From contig JAYZAL010000037.1 of assembly GCA_036339735.1 (NCBI GenBank), forward strand, positions 1 through 19,931: DNA of 19,931 nucleotides, in the 5' to 3' direction. The DNA comes from Candidatus Poribacteria bacterium (GTDB taxonomy: Bacteria; Poribacteria; WGA-4E; UBA9662). Below, piece by piece: positions 16,518-19,931 of the stretch. Made by a program: the position numbers and the translations under genes. The notes beneath the pieces were generated by a model that saw only the letters and a program-made list of their open reading frames with translations, did not search any database and was not told where the DNA came from. Position 1 is the first letter of the stretch; each line of letters starts with the position of its first letter.

Positions 16518-17237
16518 TCATTTCTTTGTAGTCGATAACCCTCCATCTATAGTGAATACTTGTCCCGTAATCCATTGATTATTCGAGTTGAGCAAAAATT
16601 GGATCATATTGCTGATATCTTGTGGTGCTCCAATCTTCCCAGTGACGTGTAATTTTTTACTGTATTCCAAACTCGAAGGGGTATTTATAATATTATGTGA
16701 GAGAGGTGTATCCACCAGTCCTGGGGCAATTGCGTTAAAACGAATAGACTTACGCGCATAGGTGGCAGATGCTGATCGTACCATGGCTTCTATTCCAGCC
16801 TTACTTGCTACGATGGCTTCATGATTAGACAATCCGAGGTGAACAGCTGCAGTAGACATCAAAATAGTGCTACTGTTTTTTAATAACTTACCCACGGCCC
16901 TAATAACTGAAAATGCAGTTTTGAGATTGGTTTCAACTAATTTGTCGAACTCAGATTCACTTACTAGATGTGGAGATTTGAGTAATATAGCCCCTGGCAA
17001 ACTAACTACACCGTCAATATTACCTAATCTTTGCTTGGCATCTGTGATGAATTTGATAGTCCTTTCAAAGGATCTTGCATCGACCTGTGAATAATGAGCA
17101 TTTTCAAGTAGTTGATCTGGCGGTTGATTACTATAGTAACCAAGAAATAGGTTAGCACCCTGGGCTTGGAGGTCTAAGGTCAACCGTCTTCCTATACCGC
17201 CACTAGCACCAATGATAACGTAGTTATTATTATTCAT
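16518..17237 (-). CDS. Short-chain dehydrogenase/reductase with non-canonical catalytic motif
   Basis: IIGASGGIG, NAIAPGLVDTPL, WITGQVFTIDGG. The active-site segment NHEAIVASK has Ile in place of Tyr in YxxxK. Confidence 0.88.
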   Translation of the reverse strand: MNNNNYVIIGASGGIGRRLTLDLQAQGANLFLGYYSNQPPDQLLENAHYSQVDARSFERTIKFITDAKQRLGNIDGVVSLPGAILLKSPHLVSESEFDKLVETNLKTAFSVIRAVGKLLKNSSTILMSTAAVHLGLSNHEAIVASKAGIEAMVRSASATYARKSIRFNAIAPGLVDTPLSHNIINTPSSLEYSKKLHVTGKIGAPQDISNMIQFLLNSNNQWITGQVFTIDGGLSTTKK

Positions 17238-17416
17238 ATTTAGAAAATATCTCTACTTCTTGTTTTAGTCACTTCTATTGCTAGTTTATTACTTGTATCG
17301 AATTTTTTAATGTGTTGGTAGCTGGTTATTGTAGTGAAACGGCAAAGGAATCTTGAACAGGTTAAGTGGAGTTTTCTTTTCATTTGTTGACTTAGTGTTG
17401 TTCTGTTTGCTTCGGA

Positions 17417-17731
17417 TCATGATTGCCGATCGATAATTTCGATGGAGTTTGAATCAAGGTCTTCAGTATAAACATAACCTATGCCGTCGCGATGGTATTT
17501 GATTTCGGTATTGAGTGATAATTTGGTATCTACAATAGCAAAGTGATTGGGATGTTGTGTTTTTGTCACCAGTGCTAAGTTTATATTCTGAAATGAAAGT
17601 AAAGCCCACGTCTCGTCTTCATACTTAAGATTGCAGTTGAACCGTTTAAGATAGTATTGAGCAGACTCTTTCACATTCTCTACTTGGATAGCGATGTGAT
17701 CAACAATTGATAAGTTACTTTTCATTTCCAT
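17417..17731 (-). CDS. VOC/glyoxalase-family protein
   Basis: IVDHIAIQVENVKESAQYY…F, HPNHFAI, YTEDLDSNSIEII give the H/H/E metal-ligand pattern of the VOC fold. Confidence 0.85.
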   Translation of the reverse strand: MEMKSNLSIVDHIAIQVENVKESAQYYLKRFNCNLKYEDETWALLSFQNINLALVTKTQHPNHFAIVDTKLSLNTEIKYHRDGIGYVYTEDLDSNSIEIIDRQS

Positions 17732-17830
17732 TCTGATCTAGGCTCCCAGTGAAATAAGTTGATTACCAATGAATGTTTGGCATTTTAACGAGGGCATCTT
17801 ACAAAAAGTTAGCTTCACTAGACTGATAGG

Positions 17831-19297
17831 CTAAGACGGTTTATCCGTTGTATTGAGTCTTAATTCGGAATTAGCTTTTAATTTTCCGATTAAGCCTCGA
17901 AAAATTATCTTATGAATCGGATACAGTAAATACCAATACAAAAGGCCCGGAAGGCCTCTAGGCGCAAAAAAAGCTGTTTGTGATAATAAGGATTGTCCAC
18001 TTGACAAGGCATTGATATGGAATTGCAACCAAGCTTTACCCGGAACCTTCATTTCTGCTTTTAGCCGTAATGACAAGTTTGTTTGTAAATCTTCAACACG
18101 CCAAAAGTCTAGGCTATCTCCAACACGTAGAGCCGTTTCATGCCTTCTACCTCTCCTAAGCCCAATACCACCAATTAGTCGGTCAATAAATCCTCGAATT
18201 TGCCACAACCAGTTGCCGTACAACCACCCCCTATTTCCTCCCAAAGAAGTTATTTCACTGAACACAGAAGTGGGCTCAGCATCAATTAAAATTGTTCTTT
18301 TTTCTATGATCATCCCTTCAGAAGAGCCTAAAGTAACATAATCTTGGATATCTGGCTGGCTTGACGACAATGCATCTGTCCAAGATGTTGGTACTATACC
18401 TGCATCAAGTCTTTCTAATGTTCTATCTAAAGCTGATTTATAATCCATTGGGTGAATATTTGGGAAAATCGTACGTGCTGAAGAATCTTTTACAACAACT
18501 TCAGTTTTTAGGCCGTCGATTAGAGGACGAGCAATGGTACTAGAAACAGGTGTGACGAAATGTATCCAATATGACGATAAACGAGGTGTCAAAACTGGTA
18601 CATTAATGATAAAACGTTTGAGACCTCTAGCTTTCGCATAGCCTGACATCATTGACTTGTAAGTCAGTACGTCTTTGCCACCAATTTCGATGATTTTTCC
18701 TTTGCTACTTTGATTATCTAATGCTGCCACAAGGTAATCTATGACATTCTTAATTCCAATAGGTTGAATGCGGTTGTTTACCCATCTAGGTGTAACCATT
18801 ACAGGCAATCTTTCAGTTAGATGGCGTATCATTTCAAAAGATAGGCTTCCAGATCCAACAATTATTGCGGCCCGGAACTCGGTTACAGGTACTCCATATT
18901 CAGCTAACATAGCACCAGTTTCTTGTCTTGATTGTAAGTGAGCTGATAATTTCGTGTCGTGGTCGCCTAATCCTCCTAAGTAAATGATGCGCTTCACTCC
19001 CTGCTCATGGGCTGCCATACCGAAATTTTGAGCTCCAGTACGGTCGGCACTAGAAAAATCTTCTTGACCAAGCATACTATGAACCAGGTAGTAGGCAGTC
19101 TCGATTCCCACTAATGCGTCTTGTAAAGAACTCTGATCTAACACATCACCTGTTGTAATTTGAACTTGATCTTTCCAATTTCTTCCATTAAGACGTTCTG
19201 GATTTCTAACAAGCACACGCACGTCGCGGTTTTCACTTAGTAAGCGATTTATGAGACGACCACCGACGTAGCCGGTTGCACCAGTTACTAATATCAT
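17831..19297 (-). CDS. YbjT-like atypical SDR (NAD(P)-binding Rossmann domain plus C-terminal DUF2867/SRPBCC-like domain)
   Basis: MILVTGATGYVGGRL, AYYLVHSM, IIYLGGLG, SAHLQSR, FRAAIIVGSGSLSFEM. C-terminal GGNRGW…W.IRG.IDRLIGG.GLRRGRR…GDSLDFWRVE…L.AEMKVPG.AWL.F…GLLYWY.L.P.H..IF. Confidence 0.9.
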   Translation of the reverse strand: MILVTGATGYVGGRLINRLLSENRDVRVLVRNPERLNGRNWKDQVQITTGDVLDQSSLQDALVGIETAYYLVHSMLGQEDFSSADRTGAQNFGMAAHEQGVKRIIYLGGLGDHDTKLSAHLQSRQETGAMLAEYGVPVTEFRAAIIVGSGSLSFEMIRHLTERLPVMVTPRWVNNRIQPIGIKNVIDYLVAALDNQSSKGKIIEIGGKDVLTYKSMMSGYAKARGLKRFIINVPVLTPRLSSYWIHFVTPVSSTIARPLIDGLKTEVVVKDSSARTIFPNIHPMDYKSALDRTLERLDAGIVPTSWTDALSSSQPDIQDYVTLGSSEGMIIEKRTILIDAEPTSVFSEITSLGGNRGWLYGNWLWQIRGFIDRLIGGIGLRRGRRHETALRVGDSLDFWRVEDLQTNLSLRLKAEMKVPGKAWLQFHINALSSGQSLLSQTAFFAPRGLPGLLYWYLLYPIHKIIFRGLIGKLKANSELRLNTTDKPS

Positions 19298-19643
19298 ATT
19301 TTGTTCTTTAAGGTTGTAAGTATTGCAGGAGTGTTGAAAGGATGATTGATGTAAGAGGCATATATGGTTACTCTAATGCTCTCTCTATTTCTTTGCAATT
19401 AGCTGATTAATTTGTTTTTTGTTCGATTAGGGATTGGTGCTAAATCTTCTTTCCATAAGGGAATATGATTAAAATGACCATTGCTGCGGCTATATAAGGA
19501 AGGTGTTAGTGCAGCTGCGTAGCTTTCTTTTTCGCTAAGTTTGTATGAAGAATGCTTCGCAGGTGCACTTTTCAATTCTTGACTTTTAGCTATACATAGA
19601 AAATGGAATCATACTTCACTTTGAAATTGTTAAAATGACTTTC

Positions 19644-19853
19644 TTAAGAACCTTCACGGGTTTTGATCTTAACCACACCATCTACTTTCCAAGGTGTATG
19701 GTCAGTATCTGGTGTTGCGGTCACCGGTACGTGTATGACGAATTTCTCAAATTCATATGCGATTTCTGCATTCCTGCCAGTTAGTTTGTCATACAGACCA
19801 ATAGCTAGGTCTGGCCAAGTTGGATTGTCTGGTGATTGTGTTGTTTCTGTCAT
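19644..19853 (-). CDS. Small conserved-looking hypothetical protein
   Basis: 69 aa with a GGAGG RBS upstream. Protein-like composition (TWPDLAIGLYDKLTGRNAEIAYEF…W.VDG..KI). Function not recognised. Confidence 0.65.
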   Translation of the reverse strand: MTETTQSPDNPTWPDLAIGLYDKLTGRNAEIAYEFEKFVIHVPVTATPDTDHTPWKVDGVVKIKTREGS

Positions 19854-19931
19854 AATTAAGCCTCCATAAGATGAATTAAGTTAAAACATTATTTTCGTTG
19901 ATTCAGATCAACAGATTTAAATGTATAACTT

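Noticed and set aside
17240-17419. Read-through of the VOC gene TGA into a 58-codon open frame, or a 47-aa ORF at 17240-17383
   Set aside because: The VOC domain is already complete, the TGA is not at a Cys-like position, I see no SECIS-like hairpin, and the extension resembles nothing I recognise.
19399-19608. About 69-codon stop-free minus-strand frame in the 19298-19643 gap
   Set aside because: No ATG, only a TTG start without an RBS, and no recognisable motif.
863-19869. Short ORFs in the track nested in or antisense to longer genes (for example 863-1060, 1962-2270, 8293-8610, 15163-15557, 18012-18341, 19663-19869)
   Set aside because: They are shadow ORFs of well-supported genes, with no motifs or RBS support.

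Overview
AT-rich (roughly 40% GC by eye), gene-dense bacterial chromosomal segment with no rRNA, tRNA, CRISPR array or transposase. The C-terminal NYPNPFNPETWIPFQL...G.YFY.L tail of the large protease is a sorting-type domain I associate with Ca. Poribacteria, and the photolyase suggests a sunlit habitat; both are inferences. Left to right: a minus-strand envelope operon (LysM/M23 peptidase, lipoprotein, TraF/PorV/FadL-like beta-barrel), a divergent 1373-aa multidomain secreted S8 subtilase, a BadF-family GlcNAc/MurNAc-kinase-like gene, a YCF48-like repeat lipoprotein, a D-2-hydroxyacid dehydrogenase, a stand-alone FliL-like gene, then a long minus-strand run (small hypothetical, YbjT/DUF2867 SDR, VOC protein, atypical SDR, class II CPD photolyase, NDUFA9-like epimerase, peroxiredoxin, trmFO). 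Best finding: the '68-aa ORF' at 13372-13578 is the first part of a 178-aa BCP/PrxQ peroxiredoxin (13042-13578). An in-frame UGA sits exactly at the peroxidatic Cys position (TPG-U-TKQAC) and is followed 11 nt later by a SECIS-like hairpin, so this is very likely a selenoprotein missed by the ORF track. Other leads: the subtilase module appears inserted inside an Ig-like domain, a PorV-like barrel lies next to a CTD-bearing protease, and two intergenic regions share motifs.
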